A DNA stretch of 64,000 nucleotides from Rhizophagus irregularis (lineage: Eukaryota): positions 2,418,001-2,482,000 of the forward strand of contig NC_089435.1 of NCBI RefSeq assembly GCF_026210795.1, in the 5' to 3' direction. The position numbers and the translations under genes are program-made. Numbering within the stretch: the stretch's first letter is position 1; each line of letters starts with the position of its first letter. Positions 50,364 to 64,000 of the stretch are shown here, piece by piece. A model generated the notes under the pieces. The model saw only the letters and a program-made list of their open reading frames with translations, had not been told where the DNA came from and did no database searches.

Positions 50364-52715
50364 TTAGTTCAAATATTCTGTTCAGTGATGTCAATTTCAA
50401 CTAACTAATTTATAATAAATGGAAGTGAATTGAAACATAACTTTAGATTTCATTTTTTTAAATCATATTTATTGAAAAGTATATATTAACCGGATTGCCA
50501 GAAATACGTTTTAATTTTGATGAGCGTAAATAGTAGATTTATTTAACAAATCAAATCCAGACTGCTGATGAATTCGGTTCAGTTCGAAAAAAAAGTTTGA
50601 ACTGAATCAGGTTCATCTGGTTCGATTCATGAACTGCGCTGTTTCATACTGAATAAATTTCATATCCTTCTATCTACTAAAATACTATTAGTGTATGGGG
50701 TACTATACCAGACCACTATGTTACGCTAAAACGTAACTAAAATTGAATGAATACCTAATAACACAGCTGCAGACCGAAAAATTAACCTAAACTAATGTGT
50801 TAGTACCTATCAATTTATAGCTATTTGTGGTTTTTTTTTTGACTAATTTCACATTTTTTGTAGTTTTTATATCTTTAACTTACAAATCTAAAAGAATTTT
50901 AAATACTACAACTAAATTAACCAAAATTCTATCCATTTACCATGAATTAAAATTTTCTTATTTCTCTTTCTAGTTGTATATTTATAAATTGAAGTCGTTT
51001 TTTTTTTACAATAACATTCACTTAAAAGATCTTTTAAAAGCATGTCAAGCTCCCCCATGAAAATGACCTCTTGTTAGTATATAAACGAATTATTAAAAAT
51101 TTTTGTAAAAGGAAATAATCTGACATGGAAGTAAACTTTGGCTATCTTTGACAAATCGCGCCTTTATCTTTCCTTTTTCCGAAATATATGAAAATTTATC
51201 CCTAAATGTGTGATTAAATAAATCCGATTGTGATGTAATGTGTATTTTAAAATCTTTTATAGTGAACATCATATACTTTTTTTTAAAAAAAAAAAAATTT
51301 TCGTCAAAAATTATATTCTTTTTTGAAAATGATCGGCATAACGTTCATATTTAGAGTCATTAATTTTTTTTTTTAAACTCTTATGAAGCGCGTGAATATT
51401 AAAGAATAAATTATTTACTACAAATCAATTTATCTATATATTACAAAGCAACGTGTTGCTATGCTATCCTATTATACGAGGCACAAAATATATTAAAGAT
51501 CGATCGCGCTCTTGTGTAACAGACTGAGATTACCCGGTTTTCTTTACTACAATATTATACATTTTCCCCCCCTATTACACCAAAAAATCTTATAGTGAAT
51601 AAAATATAGATTAGGGATGCTGAATGATGAAACAACGAAAGAAGTTAGATGAATATACGAATCAAGAAGAGGTGGTACAGACAGATAATTAGTGAGTTTA
51701 GACTTTAGACAAGTAAACAAAAGGAGAGAAATAATCACGTGATAGAAGATATTAAGAAGAAAAATTTAGACAGACAAAAATTTATAGTTATGGGACAATC
51801 GTTGAAAGTAATGTATTAGGAAACAAAAAGACCGACGAAAGAAGAATTAAAAGAGTACGGTGAATAAATACAGTTTGTTCGATAAGGCTTCCCGAAAATG
51901 AGGAAGAAAAAACGTGCTAAGACTGGTAAAGATAAGCAGAATTTTAAAGAAAATATATAAATGTAGGTTTGTATATAGTTATTAGCCATCAGATATATGT
52001 TTATTTTCTGAATAAATAATAAAAAAAATCAAAAATCCTATTGAAACCTAGTTTAACTAAAGATGTGAAGAAAATTCCAGAAAAGTATATTATCTGTTAT
52101 AATTAGAATTGTAATACTAAAAATATTTTCGTACAATATTGATAACAGTAATACAATAATAAAATGAAAATTTTTGTGTCTGAAATATTAATTTTTATTT
52201 ACTTGTTGTAAAATTCCACTATTTATCAAATCCACTAAATTATAAGTATTCATAGTAATTTTTAGATTAGTATTGTTAGGATTAATAACTTTTTTTATTT
52301 AGTTATATATTTAATTTTTTTTTTTTATGGGAAACTGAAAGAAACCGGAACGATTTTGATAGAAATCATTTTATATAAAATATTAAAAATCAACTAGTAA
52401 CGGTTTTTAACTTAGCTCTAAATTTATGTTTACTTTTTATTATCTTTTACAAATTGAACTTTTTCGGTTCCTATATAAATTTATTTTTCGAAAATAGAAA
52501 GAAATGCAACATTAAACTTCTACATTTTAAAATTTCCGATGTTGAAAGTCATTTTAATTGAAAATATCATAACAGCACCAAATATGTTTAATTATAAAAG
52601 AATGTATATAGAATAAAATAGGTAAAAATTTTAACTATCATTATTTTAGGGCAGTGTGTTTACTATTGTGTAAATTTTTATAAAAATAAATACTGTAAAC
52701 TAATGATCTAAAATT

Positions 52716-54914
52716 TTAAAATTTGAATGAGAAAAGTTTATTAAAAAACTTATTTTGAAGTCTTTTTAATTTATTTTTTGCTGACTCATATCCTTGTTTG
52801 GCAGATTTTTCATACCAATAAATCGCTTTATCTATATCTTTTGCAATTCCATTTCCTTTTTCATACATTAAAGCAAGATTATATTGTGCTAAATCATGTC
52901 CTAAATTTGCAGCATTTTGATATAATTCAAATGCTTTTTGTTTATCAATTTTAGTTCCAATACCATTATTATAACAATATCCCAACATCATTAATCCTAT
53001 TATATGTCCTTCTTCAGCTGATTGTTTAAACAATTCAAAAGCTTTATTATAATCTTTTTCAACACCAATTCCATTTTTATATAAAATACCAAGATTATAC
53101 ACTGCACCTATATTTCCATTATTTGCAGCTTTTTCACTATATTCAAAAGCTAATTTTTTATTTTTTATAGTTCCATATCCATAAAAATAACACTCACCAA
53201 CAAAATTTTGTGCTAATGTATGATTTTTTTCTGATGCATTAATAAACAAATTAAATGCTTTATCATCATTTTTACTTGTTATAATTCCATAAAAATTAAA
53301 ATATCCAAGAATAAAAATAGAATTTGAACTATTTTGATTATTTAATAACCAATTATAAAATTCTTGTGAATTTAAATTATGATTATTAAAATATTCAATA
53401 ACTTGCTGCTTTAATAATTTCAAACTGATTCCTTTATTTTCTAATTTATAAATAAAATCATTTATTTCATCAACTATAATGTTAAAATCTTTTTCAGTTG
53501 AAAGATTTTCTTGTTCACTTGATATTGCCATAGAATCAATTTCTTTAGTATTCATTTTATCAAAATTTTGAATAAGTTGAGATAAATCTCCTTGTAATTC
53601 TGAACTATTAGTACTTAAAGAAGTCTCATTAAGTTCTTGTTCATTTGATATTTCATGATTTTCTACTATTACATCTGATTTTGTAATTATTGCCTTTAGC
53701 CAATCAACTACTTGATATATAGTTGGACGATTATCTGGTTCCCCATCCCAACATTCTAAAACCAAACATAATTTAGAATTAATAATATTTAGAATATAAA
53801 ATTTAAAAATTAAAATATTACTCACCGGTATAAATTTTAATATATTCTTCAGGAGTATCAGGAACAACAGTTTCTCTAAGACCTTGTAAAATTTCCACAG
53901 CTAAACCAACATCATATTCTTCATCCTCAACATAAAAAGGAGGCTGCCCACTAGATATTTCCCAAAATAATACGCCTATACTATAAATATCACTTTTTTC
54001 ATTTAATGAGAACATTTGTGTTGATTGATTATTATTGTCTCTTCGTCTACTAAAGCTTTTTGGATCGACATAAGGAATCACACCAAATAATTTAGATTGA
54101 AGATTAGATGATGTTCCAATTCTTTTAGATAATCCAAAATCTGCTAATTTGATTGTGTTATTACGGACTAGTATATTACAGGAGTGCTATTAAAGAAAAA
54201 TATAAATATATTTAAATTTTTTTTTTAAAATTAATAATACAAATACATTACCAAATCACGATGCACTATTTTTTCATTATGTAAGCATGATACGGCACAA
54301 GATAACTGGTATGCCATATTATATTTGTCATCCCAAGTAAGATTGTTAAAATTTTTCTTTAAATAACTTCGAAGAGTACCACCGTCGGCGTATTCTAATA
54401 CTAACCGATAATTATTATGATTTTCTAATGAATAAAAGAAGTAATTACTAAATAAACTTTTGTAAAATTTTGCGATTAAAAGAATATTATATTTATCAAA
54501 TGTGATGTTAATAATACCTAACTCAAGTTTTGTTATTCCATAGCAACTAATAATGTTATCATGGAAATCAACTTTACGTTGAATTTTTAACTGAATAAAA
54601 AAATAAAATATTTGAAATAAATATATTAGATAAAAATACATCGACGAAAAAAAATGTATTATACTGCATTAAAATACCTCACGAACGATTTCTTTCATGG
54701 TGAAGTTATTAAGACTAATAAACGATTTTAATGCAACTAGTTTTCCTGAATTTTTCCAATTTGCACGATATACGTTTCCGAAACCTCCAGTACCAATATG
54801 TTGAATATTATTAAATCCTTCATATTCATAAAATTTTAAATGTTCTTTATCAACAGCTTCTTCAATCCAATTAACCCATTCATTTGTATTATTTGTATTT
54901 TCGGTATCTTGCAT
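52716..54914 (-). CDS. TKL protein kinase with C-terminal Sel1-like repeats (5 exons, ~627 aa)
   Basis: Exons 54914-54678, 54590-54518, 54424-54252, 54186-53826 and 53755-52716 are in phase. Motifs GTGGFG, VALK, HRDLHSCN, ADFG. About 5-6 Sel1 repeats. Confidence 0.92.
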
Positions 54915-57730
54915 TTTGATATTATCGAACGTATTAAAGTTAAAAAAAAATGAGAAGCAACAATTGTTAAAGTTTTATTGTGTATGCCTATTATATAAAT
55001 TTTTTTTCTCCGAATAGTCGCACAACGTACAGCGTGATTTTTAGTATTACCAAACAAAAAAGTCAATCAGTTACCTCAGCCATGGTACCGCAGTACCGCA
55101 GTAATTTACGTAAGAAAATTTTTTTTCTATAAAAAAATAAATCTGTTAAGAGATTATCAAAAAAAAAAAATTTATGATTTTTTTTTTAACTTTAGTCTTA
55201 CATACGAAATAGTTAAGTCTGTTAGACTTGAAATCAATTTTATTTTTAACGCCTTAGATGGTCAGATGACTCTCAAACTTCCATTCGAAGATAACGAAGA
55301 TAAACTCCCTAGTCCTGAAGGCATATTGAAAAATACTATAATTTGTATTATTATTTTCAATTAAAAGTATTATAAGTCACATAATTATTTTTGGTTCTAT
55401 TATTAGAATATATACTTTTACGTTATTTGAATAAAATTGAATAAATGATTCCTATCACAATCATTCCAACAACATATTTGAAATTTTTTTTTTAAAATGT
55501 TTTATTATAAGATGAAAGAAAGAGTATTCTGATTTATCAAAAGTATCATTACATAGTTTACATTTATATTGTTGTTTAGAATTATATAAATATAATAAAA
55601 ACGTTGCCTTTTTTAAAAAAAAATTTAGAGGTTTTTTTTTCATTTCTTTCATATTGAGAAAGTTTCAATCCAAATTAGAAAATTTTCAATCGATTGACGG
55701 TAGTGATAAAATTCAGTAAAGAAAGAATTTCGAGTTTTAGTAAATAAATTTCTTTTAAATTATTAACATCAACACTATTTTTCATTTTAAACAAATTATG
55801 AAAACAAATTTTTAATTCCGCTAGATTAATAAGAATCGAAATTGTTTGAATAATTAAAGCGCAATTACAAAGTTCAAGAATTCTTAAAGAATTAGAATAA
55901 TAAGAATTATCGTGTTTAAATTTATTTTCTCTCAAATTTTTTGTGAGAGAAATAAATAGCACTTACATTATATTAACATTGTAATTTATCTTCGAAACTG
56001 AATTTCTGCTGCTTTTTGACACCAATGAAAGGCTTTTGACTATATTTTCCACACAAAATTTAAACTTGTTATAGCCGAAACATTTTATATTTTCTAACGG
56101 TCATGTGACTATATTAATTCAGCCAATTTTAATTCTGGCCAGCGCTATAAATTTGAATATTTATATCTAACGGATTCAAAAAAAATCATTATGCCAAATA
56201 ATCTTAAATTAAAAATAATATTACTTTTTTAATCTAATTTATACTCTACTTTTGCCAAAATTTGATTTATCATCTTTTATGAATCACTTACATAATACTT
56301 AATAATAAAACTAACGCTGAACGATTAAAAATTAAATTTTATTTAATTGGAAAATAAGTGAACAAAGTTATATCAGGAATGTAGTTATATTAAACTTCTA
56401 CAAATTTAAATTACTGATATAGTAAATATTTCAATTTAAAAAATATACAATGATAGTATATACAGAACATGTTCAATTATAAAGACATACTATATTAACC
56501 ATAATTATATAAGAGCAAAAAATATTTTATTATAAATTATCGATCTATTTTTTGATTTCTCAACTGCGCCATTAAATCCTTGTTATATATAAATGAATTA
56601 ATTAAATTAATTTCTTATAAATAATTACAACCAGTTTATTTATAATCACTTTTTATATAAGTTGAAAAAATAGAACATCAATTAAATTACTTTCCAAAAA
56701 TTTGGAAACTATTAAATTTAGAATTATTATGTTATAAAGCTAAGAGCATTAACATTGAATAATAGTAAAGATGAATTAAAATAAAGTAATGCAATAAAAA
56801 TATGGCAACGTTCTTCAGAAACAAGGGCAGAAACATCAACTAAAAGATTATAACGTAATTAAAGAAATTATTTAGTAAAATTAAGAGTGAAAAATAAAAA
56901 TAAGAAATATTAAAATATCTTGATATCTGCTTAAAATTAACTATGAATCATGTGGCAATATGTCGAACGGTTTGGTCTTATACATAGCGAAATTTAATAT
57001 AATGGAACCATCCGTTCCATTAGTTAAATTTGTCAAAAAATCCATTATATCGAGAAATCCATTGTATCGAGGGTAGTATGATTTGTAGTTCATTACTTAA
57101 ATATATTCATTCATGTAACATTCATTTATTATGCAGCCAAATAGGATAATGTCGTTATTAACATACTGATATTTTTAGATAAATTATTATCTTTGATATT
57201 TTTGACGCATTACGTCATTTAGATTTAATTTTTGTAAAATACCTATTGTTTACTATGCTTTTTATATGGTACATGATCTTGAACGTTTGCATAATAACAC
57301 ATTTATTGGGTATGGTGCTTCACAGTTTGGTGATATTTCAACCCCCTTACCAGAACCCCGAGCAATATATAAATAGGTAACAAGAGATCAGCACTCATTT
57401 ACTATTGACTTTTACGATTTGGAATTGCATGATTCCGCCTGAAACTATCCAAAAAAGGATGGATCTACACATTATTTTGGTTCATTACCCATCTACTATT
57501 AAATAACTCTCATATAATATGAGATTGTATTGCACATTGTACTGTACACGCAATCATCCGAATAAAGAAGGATGGCTAGGTGTTGCCAGACATATCATTG
57601 AAATAATGAAATTTTTCGTACATTGCAGCGACGTTATTCATGCTATTTTATCTAAATAAAACGAATAATATTGAATATTCGGTATAAAATATCCTCGTTC
57701 TCGTTTAATTCGCAACTATTAACAAAAATA

Positions 57731-59102
57731 ATGCCCGTCAAATTATCGGACAACTACGATCTATCAAAGCATGTTATAATTCTTACTGGTGCAACTGATG
57801 GTAATTATTTTTCTTAAAATTTTAAAAATTATATCAATACTTTAAAAAGTTTTAATAATTATTGATGAATTATAACTGAAGGCATCGGTAAAGAGATGGC
57901 AAAGATTTTATTTGGATTTAATCCAAAACGTTTGATCTTACCCGCTCGTAATAAAGAAAAAGGAAATAAATTATTAGAATATCTTAAATCTTTTAAAGGA
58001 CATACAGATAATGTTGAAATTTGGGAAATGGATTTAGCAGATTTACAAAGTGTAAAAACTTTTGCTAATAAATTCATTAATGAAGTTGGAGAATTACATA
58101 TGTTAATTAATAATGCAGGTAAATAAGATTTATTTACAATATTTTACGGATAAAAAAACCCCATCACGTGACTTCGAACGAAAATAATACCTTTTTTATT
58201 TTAATCACGTCGTTTGACATTTGTATGATATTAATATTAATATTCTTTCAGGTATAGAAACTAAAAGACAAATCCTTAAAACGAAGGATAACTTGGAATT
58301 ACAATTTCAGGTAATCTTTCTTTACGAGTCATTTATATAATATAACCGAATTTTAACGATTATACATTTATTTTTTAGGTCAACCATTTATCACAATTTT
58401 TGCTTACCATATTATTATTGGATACGATGAAGAAATCAGTCTCTACTGAATTACCCGGAAAAATTGTACTTACTAGCTCGAGAGCAAACGATTTCGGAGA
58501 AATTGATTTTGATAATTTAAATCTTGAAAAAGGTGCTTACTGGAACCCTCTTAAGGGTTATGCAAATACAAAGTTAATGGTAAGATTTCCAATTAAAATT
58601 TATTTGTTGAATCTTTATTTAATAATCAATATTAATAGCTTTTACTAATTATATATACTTGTTTGTTAAAACAAGAATATTCTTATTTGTAAAGAATTAG
58701 GTCGTATGCTTCAAAACGATCGTAAGTATTAAAAGAAGAAAACAATTTATTATAAACATATGAAAGAAAATTTAATCGATAATTTTATTTTTTAAATATG
58801 CAGATATTACAACATATTCGCATCATCCTGGTGTAATTTTAACAAACATAGCCCATTTGAATACCGGTTTTTCCATCTCAACTTTTATCATAAATACACT
58901 TTCGAGACTAAACGGAATAACAGCCGAGCAAGGTGCTACCAATGTTCTATATCCTGAGTTTTCTCTTGAAAATAAAGAAACGGGAAAATATTTTGATGAA
59001 GGCATTGAACAAGAACCAAATAAAATAGCAGATGATCAAGAAATCGCAAAGAAACTATGGAGTGTCTCTGAACAAATGTTAAAAGAACGTGGAATGATTT
59101 GA
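57731..59102 (+). CDS. Short-chain dehydrogenase/reductase, retinol-dehydrogenase-like (6 exons, ~303 aa)
   Basis: Exons 57731-57800, 57882-58118, 58252-58310, 58379-58579, 58676-58721 and 58804-59102. Motifs TGATDGIG, DLADL, NNAG, YANTK (YxxxK), HPG. Confidence 0.92.
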
Positions 59103-61559
59103 AACTTTAATCTTTAAAATTCTTTAAATTTTTATTTATTTCTTACTATGATTTCTTTGTGTATACAGTATAAATATATATATCACCAAATTTTAAAATT
59201 TTTATCTCTTATTTGTACATGTTAAAAGCAATTTATTGAATAAAATGACTTTTTTATTTTTATAAATTTTTTGTCATAAAAATTTTTATTTAAAAATAGT
59301 AACGTTACTTCCTGTAACTGAAAATTTCGTAGTTTGTTAATTAAGTTACAGTCACCATTATTATTAAGCTAAAGTGAAAATAAATACTAATTGCTTAATT
59401 AAAACGGTTATGGGTCTAAATCGCGACGGGTCAAATTTGTCCTACTGAATACTTCTAATGATTCCGAATGTATAATATATTATTATGCTTCATATGATTT
59501 AAAAACTTTTTCATACCCAAATAAACTTTCTGAGACGGCTGATCAGCTATTGACATCACTACTTTTGTGCGGAATTTAGATTAGTTGGAATTTGAAATGG
59601 AAGGATATAAGTTTTTCGAGAAAAAAATGATGGCGCAGTAAAATGATAAAATTAGAATTGTCTTTTAATAATAATTTGATTATATTTTTAACTATTTAAA
59701 ATATAAATTTATTACCAAATTGAACTTTTATTATTCTATAAATAAATCATTGTTAAAATAAGAAATTTAATTAATTTAATTGTAAAGTTTATAATCACGA
59801 GTCACAACTCATTTTTTTTGAACAAAAAAAAATTTTTTTTTTTTTACGAAATTTATTTATTTATCTTATTTATTTTTCGTTAAAACCTAATTTTCACTAA
59901 CGAACTTTCAATTTAGATATTTTTTTTTTTGAATTTAAGTCGATTCTCTAAAATTTTGAACATTGTACCGCACATAAAATGATTTAACTCAATTTCGTAT
60001 TATAAAAACTTAAACAACAAAGTCTTGTATCACCACCAAAAAATTATTACGATTGATGTAATTTACTACTTATCTATAATTTAAGTATTTCCGTATTATA
60101 TGAAAGTGCATGATCATTTTCATCAATCGTAATATTAAAAGTTCAAAATTAACACTGATGTTATAACGCTTGGGTTTGTCTTAGAAGATAATGCAATTAT
60201 ATCTGAACAATTTATCATCAACCCTGTATTTTCCTAAATAATATCAAGATAATTCACTAAAAAGATACATAAAAAAAGAATGAATTATTTGTTTAGTAAA
60301 AGTATCAGCTACAATATCTTTTGAAATTGGAGATCAACGGAACTTATCAGACTATCATACCGAGTTATTACAAATCAAAGAAAAGCAGCAAGCTTCTAGA
60401 AGACTGTGAGCAATAGCAAAATCATGATGTATTAGTGCGGTTGATGGAGATAAACTTTTAGATGTTAAGATGCAAGATATTCAGGAACAATTAAAACATG
60501 TTACAAAAGAAGACACACAACCTTACAATAAGTGAGTTGAAGTTTCACTGAGTTATTGAGCATTAAGCGTGCTTGTAATAGGGTTCTTTCGATAAGTTCC
60601 TTGAAAGAAGTTGCCAAACAGTTACGATAATAAGATTGAGAATTGATAAAAAAATCAAGATGAATAAAGTGATGCAAACTCATTGCTTTTTTAAGCGTAA
60701 AAGTAAATGAATCCTTATTTGAATTTTGACAATTCTGGAACGCCAAACTTGATAACATTATCACTTTCGCGTGTCAGTGAATAACGCCAGGATGGTTACA
60801 AAAAAAATTGTAAATCTGGATGTTTTACATGAGACGTCAGACGTCTGAGACGCGATTTTTAAGTTTACAAGTTTGTTTTATTTTAATAATATATTATTTT
60901 TACGTTTAAAAATGGTTTGTTTATTTAAAATAAATAATTATTAAACACATAGTTCTATATTGGGCCGGTGACCTACAGTACCACAGTATGACTAAAAATC
61001 ATATAAGCGGTATAAGCGGACTTTGATCAGCTAAAATATTATCAGACTAATCGGGACTATTAATTATGAGTCATCTCTTTTGTCTCATGATTTTGATTAT
61101 GACATAATTGACTAACAAATTTATATAAAAAGCCCCTCCAGAAATTTTTCTCTCTCTTTCTCTTCACTCTTGTCAATAAACTTATTTATTTCACAGTATT
61201 TTATCCCTTCCTTTTTAAAAAGTTCTTAATAAAATTTTTTTATTTTATTTTAACTTAAATTTTTACTTTTGTTTTGTTGTTAATACGTCCTTCTGTCTCT
61301 CTCTCACACATTTCAGGGAAGACTTATGATCTAAAGCTTAGGGTGGGCTTCAAAGCCTAATAAACAAAGACGTCACATACACCTAAGAAAGGGACGAAGT
61401 GTCAAAATTTTTGATGATATTTTCAGCAAAGCTAATAGTAAATATTTATTACTTTATTATTTTTATACTTGAAACTTTATTACAAATATTGAAAAAAAAA
61501 TCTTTTTTTATTATAGAGTGATAGGATATAATGAAGATGAAGGTGTACATATTTTCTTA

Positions 61560-64000
61560 GAGAAGTTCTTGAAAAAGAATGTGTATCAAGTATTAAAAAC
61601 GCGAAATTTTTTTTTTTGATGTTTATACTTTATATTTGTTATCTGATTTCTTATTATTGAATTGTATTCAATTATTTATCAATTACAGCATTATTTTGTA
61701 TTGAAATACTGGACAACAGATAAAAATTCTCTGAATGGAGCAATACTGATTTTCTAGATGAGTGTAAATGGCTTATTAAGAGACTTTAAAAGAGGTGTGT
61801 ATTTTTTTATTTGCAAAGTGGGTAACTTCCTAAGCTAAAATTAGAACAGATAACTCATTGAGTCGGGGAGTTCACAAATTTTACTTAGGAGGGTACTGGA
61901 TTTATTTGTTTGGGTTGGGTAAGAGTGAGCAAAGTAGGTAATTCCTATGAAATTACCTGCTTTTTTATTTTATTTTATTTTATTTTATTTTTATTTTTAT
62001 TTTTTTATTCCCTTTTTTTCTTTTTTTTATTTTTTTTTATTTCTCTTGTTCACTTGATAACCAACTCAAGCAAATAACATCCTACTTCGTTATTGATAAA
62101 GTCTGCTAATTCTAAAGGAGGAATTGGCTATGACTTCTTTACCATTAAATAAAAATTTAGCACACTATTAATAATTTTTTCATTCTTATAATAGGTAAAT
62201 GCAGAGATTTATAATCACTGGTAAAATGAAGAAATTTCCTAGAGGAATTCTTGAAAAAGAGTACATATCAAGTATTAAAAATGTGAAAAATTTTTACTTT
62301 ATATTTGTTATCTGATTTCTTATTATTGAATTGTATTCAATTATTTATCAATTACAGCAATTTTGTATTGAAATACTGGATAACAGATGAAAATTCTTTG
62401 AATGGAGCATTACTGATTTTCTAGATGAGTGTAAATGGCTTATTAAGAGACTTTAAAAGAGGTGTGTATTTTTTTATTTGCAAAGTGGGTAACTTCCTAA
62501 GCTAAAATTAGAACGGATAACTCATTGGAGTCGGGGAGTTCACAAATTTTACTTAGGAGGGTACTGGATTTATTTGTTTGGGTTGGGTAAGGGTGAGCAA
62601 AGTAGGTAATTCCTATGAAATTACCTGCTTTTTTATTTTATTTTATTTTATTTTTATTTTTATTTTTTTATTCCCTTTTTTTCTTTTTTTCTTTTATTTT
62701 TTTTTATTTCTCTTGTTCACTTGATAACCAACTCAAGCAAATAACATCCTACTTTGTTATTGATAAAGTCTGCTAATTCTAAAGGAGGAATTGGCTATGT
62801 CTTCTTTACCATTAAATAAAAATTTAGCACACTATTAATAATTTTTTCATTCTTATAATAGGTAAATGCAGAGATTTACAATCACTGGTAAAATGAAGAA
62901 ATTTCCTAGAGGAATTCTTGAAAAAGAGTACATATCAAGTATTAAAAATGTGAAAATTTTTTACTTTATATTTGTTATCTGATTTCTTATTATTGAATTG
63001 TATTCAATTATTTATCAATTACAGCAATTTTGTATTGAAATACTGGACAACAGATGAAAATTCTTTGAATGGAGCATTACTGATTTTCTAGATGAGTGTA
63101 AATGGCTTATTAAGAGACTTTAAAAGAGGTGTGTATTTTTTTATTTGCAAAGTGGGTAACTTTCTAAGCTAAAATTAGAACGGATAACTCATTGAGTCGG
63201 GGAGTTCACAAATTTTACTTAGGAGGGTACTGGATTTATTTGTTTGGGTTGGGTAAGGGTGAGCAAAGTAGGTAATTCCTATGAAATTACCTGCTTTTTT
63301 ATTTTATTTTATTTTATTTTTATTTTTATTTTTTTATTCCCTTTTTTTCTTTTTTTCTTTTATTTTTTTTATTTCTATTGTTCACTTGATAACCAACTCA
63401 AGCAAATAACATCCTACTTTGTTATTGATAAAGTCTGCTAATTCTAAAGGAGGAATTGGCTATGTCTTCTTTACCATTAAATAAAAATTTAGCACACTAT
63501 TAATAATTTTTTCATTCTTATAATAGGTAAATGTAGAGATTTACAATCACTGGTAAAATGAGAAATTTCCTAAAGGAATTCTTGAAAAAGAGTGCATATC
63601 AAGTATTAAAAATGTGAAAAATTTTTACTTTATATTTGTTATCTGATTTCTTATTATTGAATTGTATTCAATTATTTATCAATTACAGCAATTTTGTATT
63701 GAAATACTGGACAACAGATGAAAATTCTTTGAATGGAGCATTACTGATTTTCTAGATGAGTGTAAATGGCTTATTAAGAGACTTTAAAAGAGGTGTGTAT
63801 TTTTTTATTTGCAAAGTGGGTAACTTTCTAAGCTAAAATTAGAACGGATAACTCATTGAGTCGGGGAGTTCACAAATTTTACTTAGGAGGGTACTGGATT
63901 TATTTGTTTGGGTTGGGTAAGGGTGAGCAAAGTAGGTAATTCCTATGAAATTACCTGCTTTTTTATTTTATTTTATTTTATTTTTATTTTTATTTTTTTA
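61560..64000. repeat. Tandem array of ~666-bp units, at least 3.6 copies, continuing past the window end
   Basis: The marker ACTCATTG(G)AGTCGGGG occurs at 61853, 62520, 63187 and 63851 (periods 667, 667, 664). Copies are near-identical. Confidence 0.95.

Noticed and set aside
55461..56040. C2H2-like CKLC...H...H ORF and a ~30-nt Sel1 scrap
   Set aside because: Short, low-complexity, disconnected fragments with no coherent gene model.
60100..60800. Possible decayed coding or transposase sequence
   Set aside because: No recognisable motif or intact frame.
63244..63441. Hydrophobic Phe-rich ORF in the tandem array
   Set aside because: It is a translation of the T-tract with a non-ATG start.

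Overview
Very AT-rich, intron-containing eukaryotic DNA. The gene families present (Sel1-repeat/tyrosine-kinase-like kinases, BTB-BACK-TLDc, WD-like/TRP-like channel) suggest an arbuscular mycorrhizal fungus such as Rhizophagus; this is inferred from gene content only. The window opens inside a Ty3/Gypsy LTR retrotransposon (RNase H end, integrase, polypurine tract, 621-bp 3' LTR) with an unusual layout. Pol stops after RNase H, the integrase is a separate ORF fused N-terminally to a thymidylate-kinase-like P-loop domain, and a tRNA-Gly-like sequence lies just upstream of the polypurine tract. The rest of the window holds: three paralogous Sel1-array(-kinase) genes with about 34, 20 and 3 repeats; BTB-TLDc genes and relics; a spliced TRP-like channel; two intronless MYND-finger paralogues with a threefold internal repeat; a kinase-Sel1 gene; an SDR; a small 4-exon TM/coiled-coil gene; several MITEs with clear TIRs and TSDs; a duplicated hairpin; and a ~666-bp tandem array running off the end. 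All calls were made by eye, with no database searches.
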